Virus record (IMG/VR): IMGVR_UViG_3300049486_000009
Coordinates: 1-43,912 of that record
Length of the DNA stretch: 43,912 nt
Direction: 5' to 3' (one strand)
From: a virus
Lineage: Duplodnaviria; Caudoviricetes
Position numbers and translations under genes: made by a program. Shown here piece after piece: positions 42,435 through 43,912 of the stretch; the stretch's first letter is position 1, and each line of letters begins with the position of its first letter. Under the pieces are notes generated by a model. The model saw only the letters and a list, made by a program, of their open reading frames with translations. It was not told the DNA's origin and ran no database searches.

Positions 42435-43912
42435 ATGAGCATTCTGAGAGAGTACGAAGAAGAGAACAATCCGAGCGGGACTGAGGATTTAAGCATTCCT
42501 ATGATGCCTCAGCCACAGAGAGCAGCACAGTCGCTCCCTCAAGAAGATGCTGCGTCCTCTGTCCCTATCGAAGAGGTAATGCCTCCACAAATTGAGTCAC
42601 CAGTTAACAATTTAGGTGTCGATGTTGGAGAGGGTGGAGGCTTTCTCACTCAACAGGATGACGGTCAGCAGTTGCCTATGTTGCAACCTGACTTAGACAG
42701 AAGTCCGCGTATTCCATTTCAAGCAATAGACTTTGAAGTAGACGTACCACGCTGGCAGCCTGTTGACATCCCTGAGCCTACTCTTCCTACTGACCAGAAT
42801 GCTGTTGAGCGTTTCTTAAATGAGTCTCTGTCTATACAGCGTTCACAAATGCTGAACCCTGTGAACGCACCACGAGTACCATACACAGGTAACCCTATAT
42901 TAGAGGCTCTTAGTAACTTATTCGGTAAACGTGATTTATATGAAAAGTATTACAAGAACGGATATGGACAACTCGGCGCTGCTGGTGGATTCCTGTACGG
43001 TCTTACTCTTCCATTTAACATTGTTAGTGGTGTTGCGTCTGACTTAGGACGTATTGGTGCTGCTGCCGCTTCTGGTGCAGACCGTATGCGCCAAGAAGTA
43101 TCAGATATGATGTTTCGCGGTGACAAACCGTACAGCATCTCAGACCTCGGCAAACGCATGATTGATGCGTACGGACGAGGTTACAATGAACTGCTGGGTC
43201 TCACCGCGACAAGTCCGTATACCGCCACACAGGAAGCATTGTTCGGCAGACAGTTCTCATTCGCTGATGAGCGTGTCAATGAGCGTGGTGACTTTAACCC
43301 ATTCGGTCTCTTACCTGAGTACGGGACGTACAAACGAGCACCGCAACTCAGAGACACACCATTCTCAGACGCGGTTCGTAAAGGTCCGCTTGCTGATTTT
43401 GCGAATGCTGCGACATCAATCATAGGTATGCCGTTAGAGGCAGCGCTCAAAGGTGTGTCTGGTAACTCTGGTATTAAGATACCGAAGATTTCAGACTGGC
43501 TTGCAGATAGAGTAAAACAAGCAGAGTTAGACCCAAGCACATATTGGCGTTCAGTTGCTGGTTTTGGTTTAGACGCTATCGTAGACGGGTACATCACTGA
43601 CTTCCCAGGTTACATCTCCAAAGCTGCGAACTCCGCTGTCAAGAATGCACCTATACCAGACGTTAAAAGCTCTGCGTTGGCTCGTCCTATTGACTACGGT
43701 TTCAGTTGGAACCCAGGTACAGTCAACCCACGTACATACAGAAGACAACCTCGTTTACCTGGTGCTCGTGTCTATGAAGGTGAGCCAGTACTCCCCAGAC
43801 CCGCACCACCAGAGCTTCAGATTCCTCCTGTGTCTTCTAGCAAAGTAGATGCTATCGATGCTGAGTTCAGAGACGTACCACTATTAGAACCTAGTATAGA
43901 TATTAAGATGCC
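42435..43912 (+). CDS. N-terminal part of the wrapped ~1111-aa internal virion protein (missing from the ORF track)
   Basis: ATG 42435 (MSILREYEEENNPSG...) just after the upstream stop, open to the window end and in frame with 1-1974. Confidence 0.8.
   Translation, partial: MSILREYEEENNPSGTEDLSIPMMPQPQRAAQSLPQEDAASSVPIEEVMPPQIESPVNNLGVDVGEGGGFLTQQDDGQQLPMLQPDLDRSPRIPFQAIDFEVDVPRWQPVDIPEPTLPTDQNAVERFLNESLSIQRSQMLNPVNAPRVPYTGNPILEALSNLFGKRDLYEKYYKNGYGQLGAAGGFLYGLTLPFNIVSGVASDLGRIGAAAASGADRMRQEVSDMMFRGDKPYSISDLGKRMIDAYGRGYNELLGLTATSPYTATQEALFGRQFSFADERVNERGDFNPFGLLPEYGTYKRAPQLRDTPFSDAVRKGPLADFANAATSIIGMPLEAALKGVSGNSGIKIPKISDWLADRVKQAELDPSTYWRSVAGFGLDAIVDGYITDFPGYISKAANSAVKNAPIPDVKSSALARPIDYGFSWNPGTVNPRTYRRQPRLPGARVYEGEPVLPRPAPPELQIPPVSSSKVDAIDAEFRDVPLLEPSIDIKM
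43797..43912 (+). repeat. Terminal direct repeat, right copy
   Basis: 115 of 116 nt identical to 1-116. Confidence 0.95.

Noticed and set aside
43797-43912. Terminal repeat as the biological direct terminal repeat of the virion DNA
   Set aside because: It lies mid-gene in a structural ORF; real ends are more plausible at the non-coding divergence near 26.5 kb.

Overview
The window is an essentially complete, circularly permuted genome of a T7-like podovirus. It has about 43,796 unique bp, and positions 1-116 recur at 43797-43912 with one mismatch. The capsid, portal and tail-nozzle sequences strongly resemble, from my recollection and not from a search, the freshwater cyanopodoviruses of the Pf-WMP3/PP/A-4L group. 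There are two gene blocks. The minus-strand block (about 26311 down to 8458) runs from small early genes through a ParB-like protein, a possible sigma-like factor, primase-helicase, endonuclease I, ATP-dependent ligase, family A DNA polymerase and a Sak3/SSB-like/PD-(D/E)xK recombination module. The plus-strand block (26672 to the end, continuing 1-8457) holds terminase, portal, scaffold, major capsid, tail tubular A/B, four internal virion proteins, a holin-like protein, a GT2 glycosyltransferase, an HNH-like protein and a fibre-like protein. I found no RNA polymerase, integrase, tRNA or CRISPR array. The most notable signals are two covarying H-type pseudoknots and a repeated CACTATCA leader motif in the early region, a ParB-like gene with a thrice-repeated 11-mer, a possible region-4-less sigma factor, a glycosyltransferase among the tail genes, and an apparently nested triple domain insertion in the tail nozzle. 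All homology calls are by-eye motif recognition, not database results.
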